Assembly: GCA_963796685.1 (NCBI GenBank)
Contig: CAWCMR010000002.1
Location: 1-22,434 of the forward strand
Length of the DNA stretch: 22,434 nucleotides
From: an uncultured delta proteobacterium
GTDB taxonomy: Bacteria; Myxococcota_A; Polyangia; Fen-1088
Reading direction: 5' to 3'
The translations under genes were made by a program, and so were the position numbers. The number at the start of each line of letters is the position of its first letter. Position 1 is the stretch's first letter. Shown here piece by piece: positions 8,783 through 18,600 of the stretch. The notes beneath the pieces were generated by a model. That model made no database searches. It was not told the origin of the DNA and saw only the letters and a list, made by a program, of their open reading frames with translations.

Positions 8783-8815
8783 GCCTAACAAGCCGTTGAA
8801 GCCGACCTCTCCCGC
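8783..8815 (+). repeat. Truncated attC (left half only)
   Basis: GCCTAAC-AAGCC-GTTGAAGCCGAC runs directly into the stop codon of the reverse-strand gene; no L'/R' is present. Confidence 0.65.
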
Positions 8816-9334
8816 TCAAATGCAAGGCTCCTTCACGCTGCTCTCGTCTTCATCGTCGATAACTTCAATTTCCCAAAGGTCGTTTTCGACAAGCGTGCGA
8901 ACCACGTATTCATGGCCAGGTTTCCCTCGGAAGCAGATCGTAAGCGGATCGTAGCTGACGGAAGGCCTCGCACCTCCGGCGGCGGTTCCAGCCGCCCCGG
9001 CTGCAGCGCCAATGATCGCGCCACCGAGCAATCCCACCCCGAAAGGAACAGGAATAAACATCATTTGAGACTTTTCCTTGGCTTTACTTTCAACCTTCAC
9101 GCTGTGGCGTCCTGGGAGGATCTCGTATCGACCATCGCTGACCTTGCTGCCATCGATCTGAATGATCTTCGTTCTACAATACGTGGGACTTGGCCCGTCG
9201 CTGGCGCTCAGGAGCGCTACCTCGTTGGAAGCCCGCCTTGGCCCGCTGTACATGACCGCTGCGCAGGAGATGTTCCAGAATGAAAGGCAGATTCCCCAAT
9301 ACATCAAGCTTCGCGGTCGAGAGATTCGTCGCAT
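8816..9334 (-). CDS. Hypothetical lipoprotein with Gly/Ala-rich hydrophobic segment (172 aa), antisense to the array
   Basis: Basic N-terminus, hydrophobic stretch and NIS-C lipobox-like site; LPGRHSVKV and FRGKPGHEY beta-sandwich-like motifs; glycine-zipper-like GLLGGAIIGAAAGAAG. Confidence 0.75.
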   Translation of the reverse strand: MRRISRPRSLMYWGICLSFWNISCAAVMYSGPRRASNEVALLSASDGPSPTYCRTKIIQIDGSKVSDGRYEILPGRHSVKVESKAKEKSQMMFIPVPFGVGLLGGAIIGAAAGAAGTAAGGARPSVSYDPLTICFRGKPGHEYVVRTLVENDLWEIEVIDDEDESSVKEPCI

Positions 9335-9343
9335 TTGTGCTCG

Positions 9344-9372
9344 AATCTAGACGCGATGCTCACGGGGCGCAA
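9344..9372 (-). promoter_or_regulatory. Putative sigma70 promoter for the antisense cassette gene
   Basis: Minus-strand TTGCGC-N17-TAGATT ending 9 nt before ATG9334. Confidence 0.4.
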
Positions 9373-9440
9373 GAGTTTTGATGGGGCAGGTGATTGACAA
9401 CGACGTCCTTGGCGAGGCAGATCCTACGAGCAACGAGGCT

Positions 9441-9544
9441 GTCCAACAAGCCGTTGCAGCTGTCAATCCCGCCGCAGGGAGATCGTGTAGAATCGAGGCG
9501 CCGACTCGGCGGCGGGCTTGCTGCTGAACGGCAAGGCGCTCGAC
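9441..9544 (+). repeat. attC site (104 bp) with mutated R' core (GCTCGAC)
   Basis: Close relative of attC 6211-6315; R'' GTCCAAC; GTT is replaced by GCT at 9538-9540. Confidence 0.85.
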
Positions 9545-9632
9545 CGACCGGCGATGGCTCGTCTAAGCTTGACAGCGGCAACCAGGCTCGTCGATGCTCG
9601 GGCTGAAACCATTTCAGGAGTTTGGAGGAACA

Positions 9633-9983
9633 ATGGTCAAAAAGACTTCTACTGCAAGACCGGCGATCTCAATTCGTAGCTTTCCAGGCGCTGGTACCAA
9701 GGTCTCCGCGGCGGCTGTGTGCCTGGCGGTCTTTGTTGGATGCGCGCCTACGATTGGGCAGCACTTCAGGGAACGTGCCCTCGAGAGAGTGGCGTTTGAG
9801 ACAAAATGCCCGAAGGACCAGATCGAGTTGGTGCCGCTTGACTTGCCCCTCGATCATCCGATGCGCTCTGGCGTGCACTTGGGCGTGAAGGCTTGTAGCC
9901 AGCAAGCCGTATACGTCTTCACGAATCAATTGGGTTGGGTCATGAACACGGACAGCTCGGCACCCAATCCGCCCAAGAACTGA
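9633..9983 (+). CDS. Small lipoprotein (116 aa), cassette gene
   Basis: GGAGG SD before ATG9633; lipobox LAVFVG-C; RVAFETKCP...GVKACSQQAVYV with a cysteine pair. Confidence 0.78.
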   Translation: MVKKTSTARPAISIRSFPGAGTKVSAAAVCLAVFVGCAPTIGQHFRERALERVAFETKCPKDQIELVPLDLPLDHPMRSGVHLGVKACSQQAVYVFTNQLGWVMNTDSSAPNPPKN

Positions 9984-10013
9984 GCTTGCATTCATCGTGT
10001 CGTGTCTACCGCG

Positions 10014-10107
10014 GCCCAACCAATAGGCGTTTGAGCCGTCCGCGGAAATAGCTGCGCCATGGTCTTGCAGAGTCGGCGCAGCGGACAGCCCAAACGACGT
10101 GTTGAAC
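10014..10107. repeat. Degenerate, possibly inverted attC-like palindrome (94 bp)
   Basis: GCCCAAC...CGTTTGAGCCGTCC..GCTGCGCC / GGCGCAGC GGACAGCCCAAACG...GTTGAAC. Confidence 0.5.
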
Positions 10108-10239
10108 AAAACCGCGGGTTCGAGAGGTGATCGCCTGTCCCGACGACATCAATCAGCGTCGCCGACGCGTCTTCTTGCTCCTCCGTTTTGCGGGCGAACA
10201 CCCGAATGCTGGCCGCGCGTGTGGTAGACTCTACGCATC

Positions 10240-11091
10240 GTGCGGACATCTAGCATCCGGCATTCCTCGAGAAAGCCTCCAGTTCGGCTGGGGGGTGACT
10301 GGTGTTGCCTGAGCTGGGCTCTCCTTCTCATGCCAGCTTCCATTGCCGTGGGCGCTCCGTGCGAGAATATCTCACTCGTGTTTTACGACAACATGCCTGC
10401 GAGAGCGCTCTTCGTGCAGCCCGCCGAGACACCACAGCGAGTCTCCGCTCAAATGCAGATGTCGATAGATGGCACCAGATCGATGCAAAGTCCTCATTGG
10501 GGGCTTGGCTACCGCGTTCTGCCTTCAAGCTCAGACTCCCGCAATATCACCGGCGAAGTCTACTGGCCTGTCGGGGCTGATTCACCCTCGCTGGAGAGCG
10601 ATTTCCGGCGTGACTCCTGGGGGCGGATCTCCAGAGAAATCTTGCGCAGCCTCCCGTCTCGCAACTCAGCCTCGCTGGAAACCGCGCGCAAGATCCTTGG
10701 ATGGTATGAGTACGTTCGCAACGATGACGGTCGGCTCTACGAGATCGTGTACCATTCTTCCGCCGGGCCCGATGGCGTGTGGCTGACCGACGATGACACC
10801 GTACTGAGCCGAGTGGACATCGACTACGGGTTGGACAGCGCGAGCCCGCAAGGCGCGACAATCCTATATACGCTTGGCGAGCGCGTTGCTGTCCATTTCG
10901 ACTACGACACCGGTGGTCGACTGCTCGGCGGATCCCGAGAGGGGGTCTCCGCAAGCGCCTTCGCTCTCACCAGTGGTCCGTGTGCAACAGTGCCTGAACG
11001 GCTATTCGTCTTGCTTCTAGGTCCACATGGAGGCCCGTGGCATCCCATCAATGCAGGCCGCGGCGGTGTTCGGCCAGCCAGTCCACGGTGA
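10240..11091 (+). CDS. Hypothetical exported protein with YD-like strands (start uncertain)
   Basis: 283-aa ORF with a hydrophobic N-terminal segment; FRRDSWGRI, YVRNDDGRL and FDYDTGGRL turns; GPDGVWLTDDD motif. Extended -10-like TGGTAGACT at 10222-10230. Confidence 0.6.
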   Translation: MRTSSIRHSSRKPPVRLGGDWCCLSWALLLMPASIAVGAPCENISLVFYDNMPARALFVQPAETPQRVSAQMQMSIDGTRSMQSPHWGLGYRVLPSSSDSRNITGEVYWPVGADSPSLESDFRRDSWGRISREILRSLPSRNSASLETARKILGWYEYVRNDDGRLYEIVYHSSAGPDGVWLTDDDTVLSRVDIDYGLDSASPQGATILYTLGERVAVHFDYDTGGRLLGGSREGVSASAFALTSGPCATVPERLFVLLLGPHGGPWHPINAGRGGVRPASPR

Positions 11092-11140
11092 CCAGCCCGT
11101 TCCTACCGGAACGGTTCGGCCATGCGAGAGAGTGCGCTGG

Positions 11141-11182
11141 CCCCTCACCCTAGCCCTCTCCCCGCTGCGCGGGGCGAGGGGA
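11141..11182. repeat. REP-like intergenic palindrome (CCCTCACCC...CCCTCTCCC/GGGCGAGGG type)
   Basis: Stem CCCTCTCCCCGC-TGC-GCGGGGCGAGGG (1 mismatch) preceded by CCCCTCACCC. Confidence 0.6.
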
Positions 11183-11429
11183 TCGGAGCGCGCACGTGCG
11201 TAGCGACTTCTTGAATTCTCGGCACTTTCAACCCGTTCGGTGCTCTAGAGCACACGCTGCCCGCGGCTTCGCCGCGGCTCCCTCCGCCAAGCCACGTCGC
11301 AGCCGCGTGGCTCCACGCCACGAACCGCACGCAACCGTGTCGGTGCTAGCTCGGCATGCGACCTTGGTCCAGCGCGCCGAAAGTGGAAATTCCCTGGCCT
11401 TTGTGCTCGGGCTGGCTTCTACTGCACGC

Positions 11430-12170
11430 GTGCGCTTGGGCCCCCACTGCTACGCTCTTGCTGGATTTGCCTACCTGCCTCCGTGGTCGGTCAACGCAGG
11501 CTTTGTCTGCGGCGAGCGGCTGACTTTGATTGTCGATACCGGTCCCACGGCACACGCGGCAGCTACCATTCTCGGTTACGCGCAAGCGGCACGGCCGGGC
11601 AATACCGTGCTGGCGGTCAACACCGAGCTGCACCTCGATCATCTGGCCGGCAATTCCCTTCTGCGCGACCAAGGCATCGATGTGTATGGGCATCCTTCCA
11701 TCGCGCGTACCGACGCCGATCTTCTGGCAGACGTGACCGAGTACGCGGAAAGCGTGGTCGACCGAGATAGGCGCGATGAAGCTCGATTGCCCTTTCTGGG
11801 CACGCGCATCGCGAACCCGAACAAGGTTGTGGATCGCGACCAGTCTTTGGACCTCGAAGGCGTGACCGCGGAGCTATTGTCGGTTCCCGGCCATACCACG
11901 GCGAATCTGGCGGTGTGGGTTGCTCAGGATCGTGTCCTCTACGCGGGCGATACGGTGGTCAGCGACTATCGCCCCAACCTGGCGTCGGGTACGCCGCCCG
12001 ACTGGCATCGTTGGCTAGAGTCGCTGCACCGCCTCGAGTCTCTGCATGCCGAGGTCTTGGTCCCGGGTCACGGTCGGCTCCTGCGAGGACCAGAGGTCAC
12101 CGCCGAGATCGCACGTATTCGGGCCAGTCTGCTGCGAGCGCTGTCGGACACCGAGACGACGCTTCGGTGA
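11430..12170 (+). CDS. MBL-fold metallo-hydrolase (cyclase-like subgroup)
   Basis: VDTG, NTELHLDHLAGN, PGHT, YAGD and VPGHG motifs. GTG11430 is preferred over 11196 because the upstream extension is low-complexity. Confidence 0.85.
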   Translation: MRLGPHCYALAGFAYLPPWSVNAGFVCGERLTLIVDTGPTAHAAATILGYAQAARPGNTVLAVNTELHLDHLAGNSLLRDQGIDVYGHPSIARTDADLLADVTEYAESVVDRDRRDEARLPFLGTRIANPNKVVDRDQSLDLEGVTAELLSVPGHTTANLAVWVAQDRVLYAGDTVVSDYRPNLASGTPPDWHRWLESLHRLESLHAEVLVPGHGRLLRGPEVTAEIARIRASLLRALSDTETTLR

Positions 12171-12217
12171 CACTTCTCGCGTGGTCTTGACAGTGCTCGA
12201 TTAGCCTACGTGGAGCT

Positions 12218-13090
12218 TTAGCCCTCCTCCGGCGCCACGTCGACGGAGACTTCCAGATCGTGTCGGCCGCCGCCCAGGACCACCCCGCGCAAGGGGGTTA
12301 CGTCGCCGAAATCGCGTCCCACGGCCAGGGTGATGTGCTGGTCGCCCACGAAGATGTTGTTGGTGGGATCCACGTCGACGAAACCGAAGCGCGGCGAGAA
12401 GACCGAGAGCCAGGCGTGCGAGGCATCGGCGCCGACGAGGCGAGGTTTGCCAGGCGGTGGCGTGGTGACGAGGTAGCCGCTGACATAGCGGGCGGCCAGA
12501 CCCAGGCTGCGCAGGCACGCGATCATCAGATGCGAGAAGTCCTGGCACACGCCCCGACGATTGTCGAACACTTCGTCGAGCGGGGTGGCGATGGTCGTGG
12601 CCTTGACGTCGTAGGTGAAATCGTCGTACACGCGCGCCATGAGGGAGAGACAACCGGCGAGCACCGGTTGCCCGGCGGGGAAGGCTTGCAGCGCGTAGGT
12701 GCGCAGGTGGTTCCACGGAACGATGTACGGCGAGGGGAAGGTCATTTCCAACACCCGCGGGTGGTTGCGGTCATGCGTGATTTCCTCGACCGCCGATTCC
12801 CAAGGCACATCCTGTTCGGGCAGGCCGACCGCCGGCACCGTGACCTCCACGCGACTGTGGGCCACGACCGACAGCTCCGCGTGGGGGGACGCAAGCACCA
12901 TGTGGGTCGCCCGATTGCCGAAGTAGTCCTTGCGCTCTTCGCACACGCTGGGCGCCGGCCTTGTCTCCAGCTCCGACCACAGACAGCGCTGGTGGGGCAG
13001 GTCGCGCGGCAGGAGGTGCAGGTCGTGCTGCGAGCTCGTCACCGACTCGCTGTAGCGATAGCGGGTGAGATGACGGATGCGATATCTCAC
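12218..13090 (-). CDS. Transglutaminase-like protein (Bact_transglu_N + core)
   Basis: YRIRHLTRYRY N-terminus; GVCQDFSH, ASHAW and VDPTN catalytic triad motifs; GTGA overlap with the upstream stop. Confidence 0.92.
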   Translation of the reverse strand: MRYRIRHLTRYRYSESVTSSQHDLHLLPRDLPHQRCLWSELETRPAPSVCEERKDYFGNRATHMVLASPHAELSVVAHSRVEVTVPAVGLPEQDVPWESAVEEITHDRNHPRVLEMTFPSPYIVPWNHLRTYALQAFPAGQPVLAGCLSLMARVYDDFTYDVKATTIATPLDEVFDNRRGVCQDFSHLMIACLRSLGLAARYVSGYLVTTPPPGKPRLVGADASHAWLSVFSPRFGFVDVDPTNNIFVGDQHITLAVGRDFGDVTPLRGVVLGGGRHDLEVSVDVAPEEG

Positions 13091-15624
13091 ACCGGACCTT
13101 TCGCGGGCAGGGCGCTGGCCAGGGGCCGAGCCAAGAGCGCGTGGTTGAGGTAGCCGCTGCACAACTGCTCGGAGAGCAGCGACAGATCGCTCTCGATCTC
13201 GCCCAGGATCCCGTGCAACGCGGGACGCTCGCCTTCGGAGGGCGGCAGACAGGCGGGAACCAGGTCCAGCAGTTGCAGTCGGGCCAGCGCTCCCAAGGCC
13301 AGCCGCTCTTCCGGCCGCAGTCGGGCCTGGCTGGCGTCGCGCGGAAGGTGCAGCAAGTGCTCGCGCAAGGCCACGATTTGAAAGAGCACCGAGCGTGGGT
13401 TGCTGTCGTCCACCAGCAGAAGATCCGCCACCGCGGCCGGGTGCAGGCCGGCCAGGTAGCGGCGCCGGTAGGTGATGCTGCTGTCGGCGACGGCGAGCAG
13501 GGTTTCCAGCAGCGCGCCCTCGTGCTCGGCGCCCGAGGCGAAGGCCGCGCGCAACAGCGACACCAACTGCAGGGCGCGTTCGAGGCGCCGGCCCATGTCG
13601 AGAAAGCGCCAGCCGTGGCCGCGGGTCATGCTCTCCATGGCCAAGCCCGAGAGCGCGGACAAGCTGGTGATCACCCGATCGAGGAGGGCCGTGAAGGTAC
13701 CGATGGATTGGGACGTGGCCAGTCTCTCCGCGCGCATGGCCTCGTCACCCAATCCGCCGAGCACGCGAAAGGTGTCGGCGGACAGGCGATCGCGAACCGA
13801 GGCCGCGGCCCGCAGCGCCGCACGGATGGTGTTGTGCAAGGAGCCTGCCGGATCCGACGAGCAGAGCGCACGCACCAACCAAGGAACAGGCTGCGTCTGC
13901 CCCAGCGGTTCGCTCTCGGTCTCGGTGGCCAGGACCGCGAACAAGATGGGCAAAGCGGGCGAGGTGAAAAGACGCGCGTCCCGCTCTTCGGCCAGGCGCC
14001 CGAGCAGGTGGCGGGAAAGGCGGGCCAAGAATTCGGCACGCTCGGCATAGCGGCCGAGCCAAAACAGGTTGTCGGCGCTGCGGCTGGGCAGGTCGGCCCC
14101 CTCGCGCGATAGCTCGACCGGCCGGGTGGCGGGCGGCAGCAGACTGAAATTCACGACCGGACGCTCGCTGCGCACCCACAGGTCCTTGGCCAGGGCTCCC
14201 GCCGCGATGGCGATGAAGGGATCCTTGTCGCTGGACGAGACCAGGGACAGTCCGCCCGGCATGACCTGGTAGTCGTCCCCGAAAAGCACGGCATAGCCCC
14301 GCAGCAGGGAGGCGCGCGAGGAAAGCTCCACACCGGAAAGCACGGGGGCGTGGGCGGGTTCGACCTTCTCCTGGGCCACGAACTGCTCGGGATGGGCGTG
14401 CAAATCGCGCAGAAAGGTTTCCCGGCTCTCGCCCGTCAGCTCTTCGCCGACGACCAGCCCCGAGCCTGCGCCCGACCAGGCGGGCCTGACGACCATCTTG
14501 TCGAGACTGGCTTCCACGTGCGCAAGGGACGCGGCGTCGCCACACCAAAACGAGGGGGGGCTGTCGAGCAGAAGCTCTTCGCCGAAGAAGGTGCGCGCCA
14601 GGGCCGGCAGGAACGCCAGGAACGCGGGCGACTGCGCCAGCCCCGTGCCGAGCGCGTTGGCCACCGCCACCTGACCGGCGCGCACGGCCTCGACCAGGCC
14701 GGGCACGCCCAGGCGGGAATCGGGACGCAGCTCGAGCGGATCGCAGTAGTCGTCTTCGGGATGGCGGAAGATCACGTCGACGGGAAAGAGCCCGCCCAGG
14801 GTCTTCAGGAACACGCGACGATCGCGGACGGTCAGGTCTCCACCCTCGACCAGGGGATAGCCGAGGTACTGCGCCAAAAAGGCTTGCTCGAAATAGGTCG
14901 GGCTCCATGCGCCCGAGCTCTGCAAGACCACGCGCGGATGCTCGCGGGGCATGGGTGCAAGAGATGCTAGGGTCTCGCGCAAGGTGCGAAAGAACGGCGC
15001 CAGCCGGTGCACGTTGCTTTGCCGGAACGGCTCCTCGAATACCTGGGACATGACCAGGCGGTTTTCCAGCGCATAGCCCGCGCCGGTGGGCGCCTGCGTG
15101 CGATCGCGCAAAACACAGAATCCGCCCGAGGATGTGCGCACGACATCCGCGGCGTACAGGTGCAGACGGTGGCGAAGGTCGAGACCATGGCAGGGCCGCA
15201 GAAAGCCCGGGTTGCCCAGCACCAGCCGCGTGGGCAGAAATCCGTCGCGCAGAAGTTGCTGGGGACCGTAGAGATCGGCCAGCACCTTGTCGAGCAGCCG
15301 CGCGCGCTGGGCCAGGCCCGCTTCGAGCTTCGCGAATTCTTCGGGCGCCAGCAGCGAGGGGATCGCATCCAGGCACCAGGGACGCTCGCCCGCCTGCGCG
15401 TCGCCGGGCACGCTGTAGGTGACGCCGTGGTCGCGCACGAGCTGGCGTACCTGTTCGGCCCGTTGGCGAAGGCCGGAGGCGCCGAGGCCGTCCAGGAACG
15501 TGGTCAAGGGCCCCACCGCTGCGCGCGGCCTGCCGGCCTGGTCCACGAATTCGTCCCACGGGCCAAGGGCGGGCCGATAGCGCTGTTCGAAGCTGGGAAG
15601 TGGCGACGGCGTGGTTTCTTGCAT
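13087..15624 (-). CDS. Circularly permuted type 2 ATP-grasp protein fused to an alpha-E domain (845 aa)
   Basis: DRTQAPTGAGYALENR, YFEQAFLAQYLG, DPLELRPDSRLGVPGL and MPGGL motifs, then NLFWLGRYAERAE and FLDMGRRLERA alpha-E motifs. Confidence 0.92.
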   Translation of the reverse strand: MQETTPSPLPSFEQRYRPALGPWDEFVDQAGRPRAAVGPLTTFLDGLGASGLRQRAEQVRQLVRDHGVTYSVPGDAQAGERPWCLDAIPSLLAPEEFAKLEAGLAQRARLLDKVLADLYGPQQLLRDGFLPTRLVLGNPGFLRPCHGLDLRHRLHLYAADVVRTSSGGFCVLRDRTQAPTGAGYALENRLVMSQVFEEPFRQSNVHRLAPFFRTLRETLASLAPMPREHPRVVLQSSGAWSPTYFEQAFLAQYLGYPLVEGGDLTVRDRRVFLKTLGGLFPVDVIFRHPEDDYCDPLELRPDSRLGVPGLVEAVRAGQVAVANALGTGLAQSPAFLAFLPALARTFFGEELLLDSPPSFWCGDAASLAHVEASLDKMVVRPAWSGAGSGLVVGEELTGESRETFLRDLHAHPEQFVAQEKVEPAHAPVLSGVELSSRASLLRGYAVLFGDDYQVMPGGLSLVSSSDKDPFIAIAAGALAKDLWVRSERPVVNFSLLPPATRPVELSREGADLPSRSADNLFWLGRYAERAEFLARLSRHLLGRLAEERDARLFTSPALPILFAVLATETESEPLGQTQPVPWLVRALCSSDPAGSLHNTIRAALRAAASVRDRLSADTFRVLGGLGDEAMRAERLATSQSIGTFTALLDRVITSLSALSGLAMESMTRGHGWRFLDMGRRLERALQLVSLLRAAFASGAEHEGALLETLLAVADSSITYRRRYLAGLHPAAVADLLLVDDSNPRSVLFQIVALREHLLHLPRDASQARLRPEERLALGALARLQLLDLVPACLPPSEGERPALHGILGEIESDLSLLSEQLCSGYLNHALLARPLASALPAKGPV

Positions 15625-15644
15625 GGAGGCTGAGAGAGACTAGC

Positions 15645-18600
15645 TCATCGGCGCAGATCCAAGGTCAGGGGAAACAGTGGATGGGGACTCTCCTCTTTTA
15701 CGCTGCCCGGCCCCGGCCTGTGACCGAAGGGCTGAAAGCGCGCCTTGCGCCGGCTCTCGGCCACCAGGGCGTTGCTCGGTCGCGTGTCGAACGACAGGCC
15801 GCCGGGGTGCGACACGTGGTAGGTGCATCCACCCACGGCGCGTCCGCTCCAGGTGTCGAAGACGTCGAACACCAGCGGCGCGTGCACGCCGATGTTGGGA
15901 TGCAGGCACTCGGGGGGCTGCCAGGCGCGGAAGCGCACACCGGCGACGAATTCGCCCGGCGTCCCCGTCGAGGTCATGGGCAAGGGTCGCCCGTTGCACA
16001 GGATCACGTGGCGGCCGTCGGTCAGGTTGCGCGCTTGCACCTGCAATCGCTCCAGCGAGGAATCCACGTAGCGCGCGGTGCCGCCGGCCGCGCCCTGCTC
16101 GCCCAGGACGTGCCACGGTTCGAGCGCGCGGCGCAGCTCGACCTCGATCGAGCGCACCTGGACCCTACCGATGAAGGGGAAACGAAACTCGAAGTGCGGC
16201 CGAAACCAGTCTTCCTCGAAGCCGAAACCGGCGGTCACGAGATCCGCGACGACGTCGTGCAGATCTTCGCGCACGAAGTGCGGCAGCATGAAACGGTCGT
16301 GCAAGGCGGTTCCCCAGCGCACCAGACGATGTCGGTAGGGCGTCCGCCAAACCATGGCCACCAGGGCGCGCACCAAGAGCTGTTGCGCCAGGCTCATGCG
16401 CGCGTGCGGCGGCATCTCGAAATTGCGCAGTTCCAGGATCCCCTGGCGCCCGGACGCCACCTCGGGGTTGTACAGCTTGTCGATGCAGAATTCGGCGCGG
16501 TGGGTGTTGCCGGTTACGTCGATGAGCAGGTGGCGAAACAGGCGATCCACCAACCACGGGGCGCAGGCCTTGCCGGGCTCGACTTGCCGAAACGCCAGCT
16601 CCAGCTCGGCCAGGGCGTCCTGGCGGGCTTCGTCCACGCGCGGGGCCTGGCTGGTCGGGCCGATGAACGCGCTCGAGAACAGATAGGACAGCGACGGGTG
16701 ATTGTTCCAGTACCCGAGCAGGCTGCGCAACAGATCCGGCCGCCGCAACAGCGGGCTGTCCGCCGGCGTGCGCCCACCGAGGGTGATGTGATTGCCCCCG
16801 CCGGTCCCGCTGTGGCGACCGTCGAGGTCGAATTTCTCCGTCGCCAGCCCCACCTGCCGCGCGTGCTCGTACAGCACCGTGGTGAGCTCGCCGAGCGACC
16901 GCCACGAGGTCGTGGGTTGGACGTTCACTTCCAGCACGCCCGGGTCGGGCGTCAGCTCGAATTTCATCAGGCGCGGGTCGGAAAGCGGCGGGTAACCTTC
17001 CAGGCGAACCGGCTGCGCCAGGGCCTCGGCCGTGCCCTCCACCGCGCTCACCAGCTCGAGGTAGGCTTCGAGCGTCGTCAAGGGCGGCAAGAACACGTTC
17101 AGCACGCCTTGGCGAGGCTCCACACAAAGCGCCGTGCGCGCCAACCCGGTCGCGGAGGCGCCCTTGTCCGGGGGAACCTCGCCGCCCTTTTCCAGCGTCG
17201 ACGGCGCCGCCTGCAGCAGAACCCGCGCCGGCAACGTCGGGCGCTCGGCCAGCGGATCCGGATCGGCAACGACCTCGCGCTCGTCCGGCGCCACCCAGGG
17301 CAACGAATCGAGCGGCAGGCGGAGGCCCATGGGCGAATCGCCGGGCAGCAGGAACAGGTGCTCCCGCCGCAGGTGCCAGGGGCCGCTGCGCCAACCCGCC
17401 TCGGCGTCGCGCACGAGCGGCAAGGCATACCCCACCACCGCACCGAGGCCGCGTTCGAAGAGCCGGGCCAGACGCTTGCGCTCGAGCTCGCTTTCCAAGC
17501 GCGAATCGCGGGGGTCGACATTCACCGGTAACGTTCGCTCGCGCCACAGGTAGTAGAAGACGTCTTCGTGGCCGGGAAGGAGATGCTTGGTCTCCACGCC
17601 CAGCCGCTTGGCCAGCTCGGCGACGAAGACCTCGGCCTCGTGCCCCCCCAGCGGCTGGTGCTGGCCGCTCTCGGGCGTCAGCAAGTCCGCGTTGTCCCAA
17701 ATGGGAACGCCGTCGGTTCGGTAATAGCAACCGATGGACCAGCGGGGCAGCACCTCGCCGGGATACCATTTGCCCTGACCATGATGAAGCACGCCGCCCG
17801 GCGCGAACTGGTAGCGCAGGCGGCGCGCCAAGGTGTCCGCCAAGCGGAACTTCGAACCGCCGACCGCGGCCGTGTTCCACTCGGACGCGTCCGGCTCGTC
17901 GCTGGAGACGAAGGTCGGCTCTCCGCCCATGGACAAACGCACATCCTCGGCCTCGAGCACGCGGTCCACGTCGTGGCCGACTCCGTCGATCTTCGACCAG
18001 ACCTCCTCGCTGTAGGGCTTGGTGCTGCGCGGGGCCTCGGCCACACGCGCCACCGACATGGTGAAGGAAAACGTTTCTTCCACCTTGTCGTCGTCACTCC
18101 GCTTTTGCCAAGAGTAGGAACCGGTGACGGGCGCCGCCGAGCCGGGCTCGGGCGTGCAGGCCAGCGGGATGTGCCCCTCGCCTGCCATCAGACCGCTGGT
18201 GGCGTCGAGCCCAATCCAGCCCGCGCCGGGCAGGAAGACCTCGGTCCAGGCGTGCAGATCGGCCACGTCCTGGGCGACGCCGGCGGGCCCTTGCACCGGC
18301 TTCTCGTCGGGCTTGAGCTGAATCGAATAGCCGGAGGCGAAGCGGGTGGCGAAGCCCAGGTGCCGGAGCACCTGGCACTGCAGCCAAGCAAAGTCACGGC
18401 ACGAGCCATGGCCGAGGGTCAGGGTCTTCTCGGGCGAAAAGACCCCCGGCTCCATGCGGATGTCGTACTTGAGCAGGCGCTGGATGTGCTGGTTGATGTC
18501 CACCAGGACGTCCATGGTGCGCCGGCCGTCGCGGGCATAGCTCGTGCGACACAGCTCGACCAGATTCGCCAGCCGCGCTTCCACCGGCACAGGGTCGAGG

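Larger units (their letters stand above)
1..10107 (+). mobile_element. Integron gene-cassette array (about 9 cassettes; integrase/attI not in window, array continues off the left edge)
   Basis: Recurrent imperfect palindromes with AAC-N5-L''...L'-N8-GTT architecture separate single short ORFs. The R'' of each cassette is complementary to that cassette's own first bases. Confidence 0.9.

Noticed and set aside
343-10107. Recurrent palindromic repeats as a CRISPR array or terminators
   Set aside because: They are 70-105 bp, variable, separated by gene-sized units, lack U-tails and have attC R/L box structure; no cas genes are present.
11098-11115. CCGTTCC-TACC-GGAACGG hairpin as an attC remnant or terminator
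   Set aside because: Only a 7-bp stem, with no R''/L'' boxes and no U-tract.
11196-11429. N-terminal extension of the MBL ORF
   Set aside because: Low-complexity Arg/Ala-rich translation next to a REP-like element; the recognisable fold starts at about 11430.
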